DNA of 64,000 bases. Origin: Nageia nagi. Its lineage: Eukaryota; Plantae; Pinophyta. The DNA lies in the NCBI GenBank assembly GCA_050084985.1, contig JBITNC010000001.1, forward strand, positions 163,928,001-163,992,000, in the 5' to 3' direction. This document shows, one piece after another, positions 48,764 to 63,708 of the stretch (the first letter of the stretch is position 1; each line of letters opens with the position of its first letter). Position numbers and translations under genes: made by a program. Below the pieces are notes generated by a model. That model saw only the letters and a program-made list of their open reading frames with translations, was not told the DNA's origin and did not search any database.

Positions 48764-51363
48764 GTGTGTTCTCTAGTTTCCATTGTATGAACACGGACTC
48801 TCTATTTATATTTTACCGATTATGCTTTTGTTTCTTCCCAACATTTGCAACCGAATGCTCTTCTGTTAAATCTTCAATCTTAATACATTTAAAATGCATT
48901 TGATTCATCTTGAAAAATATAATTATAAATGAAAATGTTTTTTCTTTTTCTTGGGAAACCTTTTTTTTTTATTTTGTAGAAGAGTACTTAAACTCCATTT
49001 AGCTACCTAAGCCCATATGTGCAGTGTAGTACATGTGACTGCAGGAAGGGTGGTGAGATTTGTACTTGGTCTCCACTATGGAAATTATCCACTTTATGCA
49101 TCCACTTCTTTGGGCAGGCATTATAATTGAAAATTCTATGCACATATGCAAATGTTTTCAATTTAAATTTTCAAAATGATTTTCAGGTTCACATATATTG
49201 ACAACAGTAGGAGTTGAATAGCTATTATTTTCAATATGTTAATTTTTAGAGTCTAGAGCATCATTGACACTTTATGGTGTGATCTGTATGGGTAGGGCAT
49301 GCCCTTCTAGACATGATATTGCAATGCACGACATAGATGTTGGGCGGAGGCTCCCATAGTCTCTCCGATACGGAAAAACCCTAATAAGGTGGTCTGGAAA
49401 CACTTATCTATGTGTCTCTACTCTTTCACACTTCTAAAGGCTCTCCACTGGGTGAGATCCCTAGATACAGGTTAACACCCTAGGTACCCAACATCCTTCA
49501 CGAAGGACTCTTTTGAGTACTGTAACTATAGGATGTCCCCATGGGCCTGTAGTAAGGGGAGGAAATGAAAGAGCCAAATGCGTAGACAGCTACCATATAG
49601 AAGCTCTGGTAATTCATTGTGCCTTCCTCTGCAATGCTAGCTGAGGAAAAACTGTAGGTGATTCTGTCCTCCCATTCAATCAATTTATAAATCTAGTTCT
49701 TGATTAAGTTCTGCAATCAATGTTCAGTCTTGTGGGGAACATAATAATTTTTTAGCTGATAGAGTTTTCCTGTGTGTAGGGTTTCTGCTTACATCATTAC
49801 TTGCACATTGAATGCCATTCACAGGTAGAAATTGTTCTAGAGGCAAAAGCATATATTGAATGTGAAACTCTTATTTGATGCTTAATTCACCAAGCACACA
49901 TATGCCAATCATGAGTCTAAACTTTATGACGATCAGTCAGAAGTTCTCAAAACACTCCAAATACGGATTTTGATGTCAAGATTCAAGATCATATTTGGAA
50001 CTTTTGATCATTTCTGTCCTTTCGAGTACTCGAAGCAAATGTTTTCTGATGTAGAACAGTGAGTCAAACTAGTCTCTTCCTGAAACAGAAAAGATCTGGA
50101 CTTGACCCTTGTGAAGAGCTCCTTTCAGTTCCTTCAATTTGGATGTGTTAAATTACATTGCCATTTGCCTTTGGACATGAGCTGATGTTCAATGTGATGC
50201 TGATACTCTCAGGAAATATTTCATTCATGTTATTGCCATGGTTCTGTTATTTGTATGTAAATCTTAAATCCCAAAACAGTGCTTGCTAGAGATGATTTTT
50301 GTTCTTTCTGTTGGATAATGTTTGGAAACTATTGCTGGAACAAAATCATTTCAATTATATCTAGCATGTGCTATCAATATGACTGTCTAGCTTTTGTTTA
50401 CAATGTCCGACTGGAAGTTGTTCCCTTCATGATATTGATCAAATTGATCGGCCACCCTTTGAATCATTAGATTCTTAAGAGAGCATTGGAACTCTGTAGT
50501 AGGGAAGGGATTGCATGGTCTCTTCTTTAGTTGTTTCTAACTTTGGATAAGCCTTCAAAATTGTTTGATTGTTTGTGCTTAAATTTTTTGAGAATGTGAT
50601 TCTTAAGCATTAGCCTTAAGGCACTTCAATTGTTACATATAAGTCTTTGGAGTCTATTTCCATTGTGTAATACTTTTTATTAGGCCTTGTGTGAGACTTC
50701 GTATTAGCTTTTGTGTCATTCTGTGATTGTTTGTGCATGGTGGGGAGTGACAAGGTGGTTAGAGTATTCAGTCTTGCTATCCTAATAGGATTTAAAAATG
50801 ATATATCGAGATGTCTATCAAAGGACGGAGTTTCGTGTGGCCACAGTCTGTGCTAAGCTATTTATTTCCTTTGTCAAATATGAAAAACCCTTTTAAATAA
50901 TCTGTTTGTGTCATTTTGTGCAGGTAGGTGACACCTTGACCAACATCATAGAAACAATAAATTGCCTACTCAAGACCGCTTTCAAGATGTGGAGAAAATA
51001 ATTGAAGTCAAAATTAACTAAACTATGTGAAAAAGTTAGTAGGAAACTCTTTGCAAAATTGCAAGAAAATGGATCTTTATCTTTGTTAAAGTCACTATTA
51101 TCCCAATTCCTTTTGTTCTGATCACTATTTCTTCCCCTATATTGAAAGAAAGAAATTTTATTAATGTCCACAAATGACCAAAAGCGGTCAATGGGATTGT
51201 GAAGTACAACTATATGATGCGGCATGTGAGGCCCAAAAGGGCTCTCATTACAAGAAAACAAACTAAGAAGATCAATACATAAGTGCAATAGAGGGGCTAG
51301 ACCCTAAAAAAAGTAACACATAAACGAATAACATAATTGAGTATCCAAGATTAGTTAGGAGGG

Positions 51364-52525
51364 TGTAAGATCCCAAACACAATCTCAAATGCAAATAATC
51401 AAATACAAGCAAAGATGCACCCACGTATGCACTAGGGCATCAAAATTATGGATAAACAATCCCATAATGCCAACGTCTCACATAAAATAGCATGAATGCA
51501 CCAAGACACCCCAATGTTGCAAATATGGAAGCACATACATCAAATATAGAGACAATATTGAGATCCAAGATGCCCACGACTGTATTAATGATGAGAAATG
51601 ACAAATGATACAATACCAGGCCCAAAGGGCTCAATGTTGGCCTCCAAGGAGCCAACTAGGGCACAATGAACATAGTAACATACAAATGTGATCACTACTG
51701 GTGCACGGATGGGACAACCTCACTCCCTCAAGCTTGGATGCTCTGCTACAAAACTCCCACTCTTGGAAACCACTGAAGGTAGAAGTGTGACCTCGGAATA
51801 CCACTGGATGGACTAAGATGCTACACCTTAGCCATAGATTAGCATGATCCCTAAGCCTGCTAACCCTCCTAGATGCTGCACCTAGGGGAAAATTGCTTGG
51901 TGTTGCACCAAGACTTGTGTCCACTGGACGGTAGGAGAAATAATAATAATCAGGTATATCCATGCAATGATACTCCAACACTTAATATAGCTCACACTAG
52001 ATCTGGATCTCACCTCAAGGTCATCACCCAACCTTCCTATTCCAACATTGGCTTCCTAGAAGCTCCACAAAGCCCAACGAAGGTGCCTAGGGGTTAATCC
52101 AAGCCCAACATGGGTATTTGGGCCCTTCACATGCTCAACGTGGGTGTCCTGGAGTCATAATGAGCCAATGTGGGGGTCTAGGAGTCTCCCCAAGGCTGGC
52201 GCATGTGTACAAGTGCTCCCAAATCCAACATTGGGGAAAATAGGTGTTTATCCATGTTCAAGTGTCATCTAGGTGCTATACAAGCCTTGGGATTCCCACA
52301 ATCAATTCTCGGGATCTCCAAGTATATAAAATAACATTAAATCATGCTAGCCTACGCTTGGGAGGAAGACATCCTACTTCGGGCTCATAGTGGGGGTCTA
52401 ACAGACCTTTATAATTTTCATCCCAAGTAGTAACAACTAATGCATAATTAAATAAATAAATAATTACAAACGGGAATCTGTAGGATTCCGTAATTAATTA
52501 TATTTTACAAAAAAGGGGCGTTACA
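51364..52525 (-). mobile_element. Gypsy-type solo LTR (1162 bp)
   Basis: Termini TGTAAGATCCC...GGGGCGTTACA with a perfect TSD GAGGG (51359-51363 / 52526-52530). Orientation is inferred. Confidence 0.85.
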
Positions 52526-52539
52526 GAGGGAGGACTCCA

Positions 52540-53750
52540 ACCCGACTGAAATCCCTTGAACTATGGTAACTGTGGCCTCATCGGTGCTGTTGGGGCTAAA
52601 GAAGAATGTGATCTGCTGAGATAGTCAAGGCATAGGATCAACACACAGTCGCTGCCTGGTGCACCGGGCAAGTGGAGGGGACCATCTATCATCCTACGCG
52701 CTCCCTCACTCGATAAAGGCTGAAAAATGAGGTAATTTGGTGGTCCCTTGTCAAGTGCTAAGCGTCAAATAAAAGATATTTCTTGAGAAGGAATGCCTCT
52801 GTGATATAAAGTGCCACACAATGCTGATCCAGATTCTTGAAGAAGGTCAAGATCAAGCTGTGGGAGTCTTGAAAGAGATAGTATTATCATCCCTGAATCT
52901 TATAATAAACCGAGTACCTGAAGATGAAATGATCCTCGATCACTAGCTCCAATGGGCAAAATCGACACACTTGAAACTCACGTGCTAAATGGTGATCTGT
53001 CTCAACCCATAGCTAGTGGGAGCACACTCTGAACTGTCCAAGGAACATCCTTAGTCCAAGAGGAAGGGGTAAATCGATGTAGCTAGGAAGGAGTATCAAT
53101 CCTTTTTCAAGCTGCAAGAAATGCTAGGTGTAGTGTAATAACTTGGGTGTGAGGGGATGCTATGGAGCAACCCAAAAATATTGAATATATTTTTTGTAAA
53201 TCATCTCTATGGGAGTCTTCTTGTGGTATGGGTAGTTAGTCATGGGAAAATTTAAAGCGCTATAATGCCTTAGTGACCATGGTGAACCAACACCAATGAC
53301 ATCTTTGGGCTGCCAAGGCCATTGATGATGCCAAATCTATGTAGGGGATTCGATGCACTCCTGATCTAGAAGATGCAAAGCAGTGGAGGCGGTGGAGAAA
53401 AAGAACTAGTGCTTCTTGGTCCTCAAGAGGCGATAGTATGCTTAGTGGAGGGAGTGGGTGGAAGGAGAAGAAGTTGAGGTGGTGATGGCATGTTTGAGAT
53501 GACGATGACTAGTTTTGCATTTCGTGTCGAACCATTGGTTCATTTGGGAATGACTAAGGGGTCGAGGGCGAAGCCAGGGGTTGCTGGTGTGAGGGAAAAT
53601 TTGTAAGGTTGTGGAATGAATTGTCTCTGAAAGGAAAAGCGCTTGATCTTTGATAGATGGGACAAAGTGTAGATGAGGTTTTGGTTTCAGGGTGAGGTTA
53701 TACATAGGGGAAAGAGCTCAGTCAAAGTGGATGATTGTTCAGGGGAGGCG
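52540..53750 (-). mobile_element. Third RTE-X/L2-like LINE relic
   Basis: TGTCCAAGGAACATCCT..TC.AAGAGGAAG at ~53035 matches ~30069, and the flanks are colinear. Confidence 0.55.
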
Positions 53751-54403
53751 TGGGGTGGGAATATATGTAAAGAATTGTATATGGCATATCAAATAAATAT
53801 TCAAAATACAAGATAAGATTGGTAGTACAAGTGACTTGTCACATATCACATATATGAATAAGAACAAATAATAGGTGCCTTTCATAGGTGTTGTCTCAAG
53901 TTATAATCAATAGAGGATAGAGTACACAACAACAATTGCACACCGTGTTTGGACTCTTGGAGTAATCCAATTGAAATACAGTTTGATATGGAACAGATAA
54001 TGTTAAAATTGAACTTTGAAGTGTGTTGTAGAAATCACAAGGTGAAGTCCATGATTACGGGTTAGAACTTAAATAAATAATATTTGATATTAAAACTTAA
54101 AATAATGGTGATAGTATGATTTTTTCTGATAATTTATACTCCGCTTGTGCCTAGCTCATTCGTTATAAGCTGACTGATTATTCTATGTTCAATTTTAGTT
54201 GCCTTGTCAGCATTGAATGAAGGCCTAATACTCCAAACATCACGATATTTTTCAGTGTAATAACTAAGATCTACATAAATTTGTTTATCAACATCTATTA
54301 ATATTCACTTTTAACTGTTTATGGTTTTAAAGCTGATTACTTTCTTTTCAGCTAGTAATCTTTTATTAAAATTTCATAAATGAGTAGTAACTTGTGGAGA
54401 TAT

Positions 54404-56150
54404 TGTAATGTCCCAAAATAATTTTTGCATTGTAAATATGGTTTTTTTGTGTTTCAAGTGTGTTGGGTCGTTAGTGAGGGTATTTTGTCATATTTTGGGG
54501 TTAAAATGGGGGTTATAAGGGTTAATAAATGTGTTTTGGCAAATTCAAATGTTAGTATATGGGTTAGGAGTTATTTAAGTGTTTGGAGTGAGTTTTGGGG
54601 TTAGAAAAAGGTATTAATTTATGTCTTTATGTGAAGTGACGAATATGTAATATGTTTAAGTGACCTCAACACAAGATTATATCGTGGCCCTTAGATCTTG
54701 TGTATGTGAGATCTAATCTCCGCCCTTCATGATTAGATCTAAGGTTAAGATTTATTTTAGCATTAGGGTAAAAGAATAAAAAGGATTTAATACTTCATTT
54801 TGGAGGGCTTGTTTTTGGAGAACTCTGATTTGGGAGCTTTGCTCTTGGGCTTTGGTATTCTGTCAAAGATTGTTGGGTTTCTGTTGGAGGGCCAGCCAAT
54901 AGGAACATTAGAGAGTTAGATCATCAGACTCTCTATCTATCTTCTTGGCAAATTCATCCAGGGTTTGCATTGGAGCTTATTTGAGAATTTCAGTTGGATT
55001 ATTTCAGATTTCAGTGTGAGGGTTTGGAACCCTAATGTGGTTTTCTTGTGATTTCAACCAGCTATGTGGAGATTGTTCAATGTGTTCAGATTGTATGCAG
55101 CATAAGAGGTTTTTTGTGTGATTCCAGAGTTTATTTGCCTCCTAGAGCAGAATGCACAGCCTAGGGTTTCTATTTCATGCAGCTTGGTGGTAAATTTGAG
55201 TTGTATTTGGGTTTATCTTTCATATGCCATTTGTAGAATATTTTCAATAAAATTGTGTGGCCAAATCTAACCATTTGAGGGTTTGATGTTATTTTCTGGA
55301 ATAAATTACAGATCTGAGTTTTGTTTTCGAAATTGTGTTTGGAATCTTGTTTTTGTAGTTTGGTATATTTCAAATATCTTTTCAATTTGATATATTACAC
55401 ACACAATAGTCTCCAATGATTTCGGTGCATACTTCTTCAAATCATAACTTGCATCTACAATGGCTTCCCATTAGATTTGTGCAAATGTCCTTTCCAACCT
55501 CCAATCTAATTGAGTAGTAGGCAAATAAGAAAGCACCTAAAGGAGGGGTTCCATCTGCCAATAGAAGACTGTCTGAGGCACCAAAATTAGGGAGCAGTGC
55601 ATCTGAGGCATTAGCATCCAGTTTTTCCACAACAAAGTTGTTCATTACTAGATTGTTTGGACTCTGGTCGATCTCCAGCATGAGTTCCCTTGTGTAAGCT
55701 GATACTGCTGTTGGACATGCAACAGTTCCAGTGACTGATGTGCATCAGATAATAATTACTGGGAAGGTCAATGTTCCAGATGTGGGCACCCAATGTCTTA
55801 GATGATTGTATCGAGTGGATTTGGAGCCATTCTTAAATTCCTTTCTAGCTTTGCATCTTCTGTAATAATATTAACTCTCCTTGTAGTTTTCCTTTTAAAG
55901 GTTTAGTTATTGCTTTATTGGACAGTTGAGTGCCATCCAAAATAAGAAAGAAAGCAAATTCACTTACTGTCTGGACTCCTGGCCTGTAGAGAAACAACTT
56001 AATTTAGATTAGTAAAGAGTAGACACACTGGGACTTTAACAAGTCATTTTGTTAATGAAGTTTTTAACTAGCAGGGACACCAAGAAAAATAGTTTTATGT
56101 ATGTCCTTGTAAAACAACTTTGAGTTGTATCCAGTTTCAAGGTAATTGTA
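54404..56150 (+). mobile_element. Gypsy-type LTR relic
   Basis: Starts TGTAATGTCCC like the 12328 LTR. The 3' boundary is not resolved. Confidence 0.4.
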
Positions 56151-58102
56151 TCATCACCCTAAGTTTTCTTTGACTTCCTTCCAGAAATATATACTAACAT
56201 TCAAGCGTTGTTATTGTTGTAACAGGGATGCTCCACCGTCACCCTTTGGAGGGCTGTATGGTGGATGGCCTGGGAAAGTCTGTGGGCATCCCCAATACAT
56301 CTCAGGGTTTGGCCTCATGAACCCAGGATGGCAGGGGACATCCTCTATTTTGTCCCCTAGTACTGGGGATGGGGATGAACCTCAGGAGGGCAGGGGATAT
56401 GTGTCCATGTATACCTACCAATCTTCAAAAAACTGTATATAGGATGAGTTTGAGAAGAATATTTCTGTCAAAACATCTATTCCATGCCAACTATGTTTAG
56501 GACAAAGTCACCTTTTTATGGTAACTTTTTTTTGTGCAGTTTTAATCACACCTTTCTCATGCACATCATCCACAATGCAAAGGCTTCTAAAGAGAACTTT
56601 ACAACATGAGACCTTGTCCACGATGATCTTTTTCAAGAATGTAAGGTGTTTGAATCCATGGTTCTCCATTAATCTGCAGAGGAAAAGAAGAAAATGTGTG
56701 GATCCTAACCAACTGGCCTTATGCAAGCTTTTGTATGCATGAAAAGGCTGCCTGGAGCTTTCTAATGTACTATTTTCCACATATGCTGATAAATTGGTAA
56801 TATATCAATTGTGGTTCAAAATTGTCAAAATCCTCATCTTCATTTTGCCAAAGATCAATTCCATATAATTTATACAAGGATACCTTAGGAGCCTTCAGGA
56901 ACCTCTTTGTCCACTTCATCAATCTCAAGTCTCACTAGCCATGGGTGTTCTTGCATGTTTATAATGAACAATGCCTTCTGCACATTCTTTTGGGTAGAGC
57001 ATTTTGATCACTAACTGATTATTGAACTTTTCTGGATATCCTTGTGGTAGCAGATGATTGTTCTAGAGCAACCTTTTGTAGAGTGGCAGTCAATCTCTCT
57101 AGCAGCATTCACATACTAAAGCTCTGTATTATTTTATCTAATCCTTTCAAGTACACATGCTCTTTAAGCATATGAAATTATTCATAATAGTGCATGGAAG
57201 ATGGGTTATAGCATTATCTGAATCGCGATTGGACATTGCCTCCACTGCTATTCAAGCTTCCACCTCCACTCACAGTGAAGGAAAAGAGCATTTTGCCTTT
57301 TCAACTGTATTTCTTATTCATGTAAGACATTTCACAAACAGTTTTCTTTTGCATGCCTTCCAACATCCATATCTGTTCCCCTTGAAAAAATGCAAATAAA
57401 ACACCAAAAACCTCTAGAATCTGCTACTTTCATCTTTGAAAAGAATCCAATTTTGTGAGGCATGGATCCTTGAGATCTGTAATTATGTCACAAACAACAG
57501 AATGATCAATTTTGGTGTTATTCTGAACTTGTGTGTGAATTAGTCAACTGTCAACTTATGCAAGGATGCAATAGGTATTTGGAACTGGAGATGAATCCTT
57601 AATTATTATGATGTTGAAAGTACAGAAATGGGAGGCTTGCTCATTTTTTCTGGCTTTTCTCCTTCAGAATTAAACCAATGGGAAACTCACTCATGCTCAC
57701 TGTATATTCAGCTTTTAAGTTCTTCTCCGAACCAGCTGAGAACCTGGCATAAATAGTGTCCTGTGGCACTCCATTCAAATTTTAGCTTAAATCTCCGAAG
57801 AGGTTCCTATAATAACCTTATTGAGCAAATGAACAATCATTAATTATTTTAGGAAGGACAGGAAATTTTTAAGAAACTTACAGCATAGACCTACTTCACC
57901 ATGTGAAAACTAAAACGCAACATGCTACCTACTTGTGCATGTGAAAAATAAAACATAACATATTAAATAAAGTAATTTATGCTAGTTGAGAAGTTTACTA
58001 TTCCTTATATGACTTTCACCTTTTTTTTTGTTATACATGTTTATATGTTCATAAGGTACAAGTAGCAGCCCCCCTTTGAGAATTGCAAGCAGCATGGGTA
58101 TA

Positions 58103-59881
58103 AGTTTTTTTTTCGTTTTTTGTTTGTTATTATAGTGGAAACATGGGTTTTGAAAGGATTCCATAACCTTAAAAAAAAAACTGCAAATTGGAACTAGCAG
58201 GGGTACAAGCAGCCCTACCTAGCAAAAGGGATAAAACCCTATTAATGAAACTATTCAAATCACAGTCCGGAGCCTATTGCATCAACGCATTAACACAAGT
58301 CACATCAATCAGCATAAAAACGAAACTTCCTGCCCATATCCGTTGTTGGGTTTTGAAATTTTTTCCTGCCCATCAACAAGGGTCGAGCATCTGCACATCC
58401 AATGTGCATTTCCAAATCTCAAATACCTGGGCCCTCTTGCACAGTAACACCATGAAGGAGCTTGCATATTTCCCACATACAACAAAATTTATGACCATGA
58501 TCAAATCCAAAATCAAGGAACTTTTCCCTTTTATAATAGAGTATTTGTCTCCTAGGATCATCTTTCTTTCTTCTTGTTTGAACCAGGGGGCCCAAAGATA
58601 ACCCCTGCACCTGAGAAATCCAAGGCATAACATAATGTTCCCATCATGGCTGACATAATCAAAATAAATCTTCTCGCCTATAGCCATTTCGAGTTCAAGA
58701 ACTTTTCCTGCCCAAGAGCAGGGGCTGATTATCTGCACATCTATTGCACATATCCGATCTTCAACAATACAACATGTGGGATTTCCATCCCTACCATGCC
58801 CAAACTCTCCTCTCACAATGTCATCTGGATGCTCGCACATAGTAAACACCATGAAGGAGTCTGCATGTTTGCAAAAAACCACAAGATGAAAACCAAAACC
58901 GAGAAGCAAAGCTTCAAGCCCATTTTTGTTTTTTTAACATCAATGGGTTCAAAAGCCTCCCAAACTACCACACCACCACCAACAATTGAGAATCTTGGGA
59001 AGAACTTAATGCCCATCGTGATGCAAACAACATTTGAATTTGTAAAGGAGTCGAATCTCCCAAGATTAAGACAACAAGAATGAAAGACTTTGGATTGAAC
59101 TTTCTTTTGACCATCAAATGACAATCATATGGGTCATCGAACACCACAACCCTAAGTTATGTCATCTCCCAATGATTCATAGGCCCACGATACAACCTAA
59201 GACCTTGATTCAATTAAGATTTTCAATAGGTGAACGTGACCACTATCACCATTGAGTACGAGGTCAACTCTTGTTGCACTCTTGTACCTACATACTAAAC
59301 CATCGACAACTAATAATTAATTTGCTTGGTAAAACTCATTCCTAAGCTCGATCACCATCTATCACCACAGTAGAAGCCCTTTGGATCTCGATACTGTCTT
59401 TGTGCAACAATCCCTCAAAAATGATTGGTATTCCCTCCACATTCTAATCTATAGAAAGAGCAACCTCACTAACAACCCCAAGCTTAGGATAAACTTCCTT
59501 CATAGCCATGACCATAGAATGAATATGCAACACTCCAACATTGCGTTCGTCAACCCTGTTGACAATCTTGGCATCAACTTTGTAAGTTTTCACCATAGTA
59601 GGCATAATAGAAACCTCTGGCTCCTCACTTGAATCGTCTGCATCCCATACTCCAACAGTGGCCATGCCCAACCTCACAACCATAACCGATAGTCCTTTGG
59701 CTCCTTATTTGGCACATTCTCAATGGTCAGGTCCTACCTCACAACCACGACCAAAACTTGGATCTCTATCATTTGCATCATCCTCGCTATCATCGTCATT
59801 CCCTCCTTCGCCTTCATCCACTCTCACTTTTGCCATCCCCGTTCTCAAAGTTCATTAAAAATATCATTTATAACTTTATTT
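58103..59881 (-). mobile_element. Internally deleted L1-like LINE (ORF1 relic joined to the 3' end)
   Basis: T-run (poly-A tail) at 58105 and 12-bp TSD AGCATGGGTATA (58091-58102) / AGCATGTGTATA (59882-59893). ORF1-like relic present. No RT motifs were seen. Confidence 0.65.
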
Positions 59882-60006
59882 AGCATGTGTATATGTTATT
59901 TAAGTGATTTCTTTGAATTAATTGGTATTTATTCATTTACCAGGCTTTCTATTTATTTCATCATCAAAGTATGGGAGTCATCTATTTTATTGTTATACAA
60001 GCTTAT

Positions 60007-63000
60007 TGTTAGGAAGAGTATTACATTACTCTCATGCAATAAGGCGCTTATTGTCATTTAGTAGTATATGTCTATCTCATGATTGTTAGTTGATGTGCAT
60101 GGATAGTCCATTTTCTACCAATAAAAATACTTATCTCATAATAAACAATGTTGTAGTATATAGAAATTTCTCATGGTATTAGAGTAGGTAGAGGGAAGAG
60201 ACATGGGTTGGTGAGGTTATCCTCTGACCTAGTTTTAGAGATATCTAATTTTGTTTTTATGTTGTACCAATATGTAAATAGACATAGATATAGCTACATT
60301 GCAACAAAATACTAGCATAAAAGAGTATACAATAGCATAGTGATGAGCTCAACCATGATGACCATTAATGTGAATAGTAAATGTAAAGACAAGCAATTTT
60401 GTGGCCTTGCTCTTATAGAAATATTTTCAATGGATTGGTGGGCTAAATATTGCTAGTTGCAAAGGAAAAACGTCTCCTTTGCCTTACTAGTACTCATAAG
60501 AGCATTAAAAACAACGAGGGAGCATGGTAAGAGTATTTTCAAGTACTAGGGAGATGAGCACAAATTGAGATTTCGTTATTATTTTCAGACTTGTCGACTC
60601 AACTTCTAGTGAGGGTGATGATGTGCTTGGGCATATGGTGTACGAGATGTAATCCCAGAGAGCAAAGGGGTTGAAGAGAAGAATGCTGTAAACAACGCTT
60701 TAGTAAGAGGCACCATATACATGCCATGCTCATTTATTAACAAAAATTAGAGTTCAAGATGAGAAATCTAGACGACACACATTTAGTGGACTCTTCACAT
60801 GAATAGTGAGGAGAATACGAATTGGCAAATGATAGAGGAGTTTTAATAGCCCAAGTGGCAAATGTTTGTAATATTCCCAAATTTTGGCATCTCACTCACT
60901 CCAACATAAGGAAGTGGAACGTTCATCCTCATTATGCTCTTTTAGCTATTTAGGAGTATTTTATTAGTTTTAGAGTAAATTTGGGAAAATTGTAATAATC
61001 TCGACAATATTATGGGTCTTTTCTATGTAAAGTTCCACTTGGAGGCTCTCCAACATGGGACGTTAGACTCTATGAGTCATTTCTTGTTATTTTTATTAGC
61101 ATAATATTTGTAAATGTGTGGGCCACTTAAGGATGCCAAAATAATGTTGTAAATTGTAATACCAAGGCAAATTATAATTGTAAATGCAATATTAGTCTCT
61201 TCTGGAGAGGCGTTGCATATTCCTAGCCTTGATGAATGTAATTTTGCATCACGAGGCATCTAGAGGCCTCCAAATGTAATATTGCTTCACTTTGAGTTGG
61301 ACGCTCCACTAGAGGAGAGCATGATGATTCCAAGGAAGGTAACACTGATCCCCAAGCATTAGAAGACTTCGAGGGAGAAGTTGCACCTAGAAGAGCAATT
61401 TGGCACCGTTGGATGAGACTTTATGGATCTCGAGGCACCCTATGATGTGATGTCTCACCCTATGGTTGAATCTAGATCCCAGGACTTGATTTTCATGATC
61501 CTAATGTTTTGGAAGGTGGACGTGGGACAAGCGAGTCATTTGGAGACTATAAAAGGAAGAGTTTTGGACTCATTTCATATGCTTGTATTATCTCTTCTCT
61601 TTTACATTGGACATAGTTTTCTGACTCTCTTCCTACCCTTATGGACGAAAATCCACTTAGAGGTACTTGAGGTTTGACAAAGCCTCAAAACTTAACGTAT
61701 TGCTACTTTGAGGAATAATGTACCTCAAAGGTCACCATTAGCTATCCAAGGGTGTTGGCGTTACCTTGGATTATCTTAATACTGCTAGTGGGACCTTGGA
61801 GTCTCCACTACAGCTGTTTGGAGAAGGAAGCCCTAGATCAAACCTTGTCGTTGTTGAGCATTACTTGAAGCCCTGGTGCTTCTTAATTGGAAAATCATAA
61901 ATATATCTGAGGAGTCATTCCTGGGGCACACTTGCTGTGGATATTGAGGCGTGTAATTTGGTACTCATCTGTAATACTATTAGAATTACATTTGTGGCTT
62001 CATTTACTTGTGTTATTGCTTGAGATCTTGCCCTAGTTACCTTAACGTTGCATATTAAGGGTTTATTTATGAGTTTATGCACTTGCTACTAGACTTTGGG
62101 TCACCTTTGGTCTAGACATTGGATTTGTGGATGCTATTTCTTGTCATTCTGCTTCTTAGACGTTGGGTTTGCATGGAGTATTGGCATTATTTTGAGCATT
62201 TTGATGAGATTTGATATTCCTAGCCTAGATGTTGGGTTTTTGCAATAAAATATTGCACTTGAGGTTGGACGTTTGCATTTTTTGAGCACAAATAGGGCAT
62301 TTTGGGTATCTGAAGTGCATGAACAAATTAATTGTGAGTTTTGGTGAATTTTAGTAATTTTTATGAGCTCCGTTTGGGCAAAATTCCGAACCAGCCCTAG
62401 TTCGGAATATTTCAATGCGCTACTCCTATCATGAACAATTCCACTTCAATCATGGCTCTTGACATCTTGTTATGTGCTAGAATGCGTGCGATTGTTCATC
62501 AAGAATAATTGTAAATGGCTCTGGAAGGATCTTTGTGCCCATCTTCAATCAAAATTACAGAAGATCTACACAGAAAGAGGTGAAGAGAGATATGATGATG
62601 TTGAAGAATCACATTTGTTGAGGCACACCATAGATATCAAATTGCAAGTGGTTTTAAGAACCATGGTTGATTTCATGTTGAAGGCAATTTGCTTTGTAAT
62701 GTAAAAGTTGTTGGTCTTTGGAATAATTAAAAAAAATGGAGTGCATGGTCGGTGGTACCCAACATTGCTAAAATTATTACTAGAAGTTCACATCAAGTGG
62801 GGGGGAGGATATGTTCTTTCTTCATAGAATGTGCACTTGATCCAAAATTTGAAGATGCTTCAAGTTGTTATAGGCGATTAGAGAAAATGAAGACTTGATG
62901 ATCTATAATCGACAAAGTAAACTTTGTAAATAGTGATCTACTCTACTACACCTGGCGGTTGCGACGACTGGTGATCCATGCAGTCCGGTAGGATGAGAAG

Positions 63001-63708
63001 GTTACCATAAGGATGCTCTTGGTGAAAGAGGCAAGCTCAAAGATTTGTATGGGTAAAAGAAGGCCCATACTCCACTTAATGTGAATGGATGTGTTTGTCC
63101 TCATTCACTAGATGAAGTGATTGGTTGTGTTTGTTTCCAATCACAATTGTTGAAGATGATTAGCATATATGTGCCCAATCATATGTTGTAAACGGTAGTG
63201 TATATCCATGTTTACAAACTTGATATTGGATAGTGTATGTCCCCAAATACAAGTACGTGAATGGTAGTGTGTCTCCTTGTTCACAACTAATGCGTTTGGA
63301 TAGCATGTGTGTCCCTATCCAGTTGAAGTAGAGAATCATGAATGGTTGAGGGTGTCCCTTTTCATGGGAAAATGAAGAAGCATAGCGAGGTGAGTTCCAT
63401 TATTGCTAATCATGTGTAGATGTGTATGTCCCTAGTCATACCTTGTATTTAGATGAAGTTCTAAGTGTATTCATCAAGTGTTGATATTCCATCTATCCCC
63501 ATTTAAAGATTGATGTAATAAGGGGAGAGGGTGTTAGAAATAGTATTACATCACTCTCAAGTGATGAGGTTGTTATTGTCATTTGGCAGTACATGTCTAT
63601 CTGATGACTTTTAGTTGATGTGCATGGATAATCCATGTTCTGCCTGTATAAATAGTAAATACTTATCATCTCATAATGAAGTATATCATAGTATTTATAA
63701 ATCTCTCA
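60007..63708 (+). mobile_element. Degenerate short-LTR element (TRIM/Copia relic): LTRs 60007-60173 and 63532-63708
   Basis: Similar TGTTAG...CTCA LTRs, PBS TGGTATTAGAG at 60174, PPT AAGGGGAGAGGG before 63532, perfect TSD CTTAT. Confidence 0.88.
60867..62414 (+). mobile_element. Gypsy-type solo LTR nested inside the 60007-63708 element
   Basis: Inverted termini TGTAATATTCC...GGAATATTTCA, degenerate TSD ATGTT/ATGCG, CTATAAAAGG at ~61547. Confidence 0.7.
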
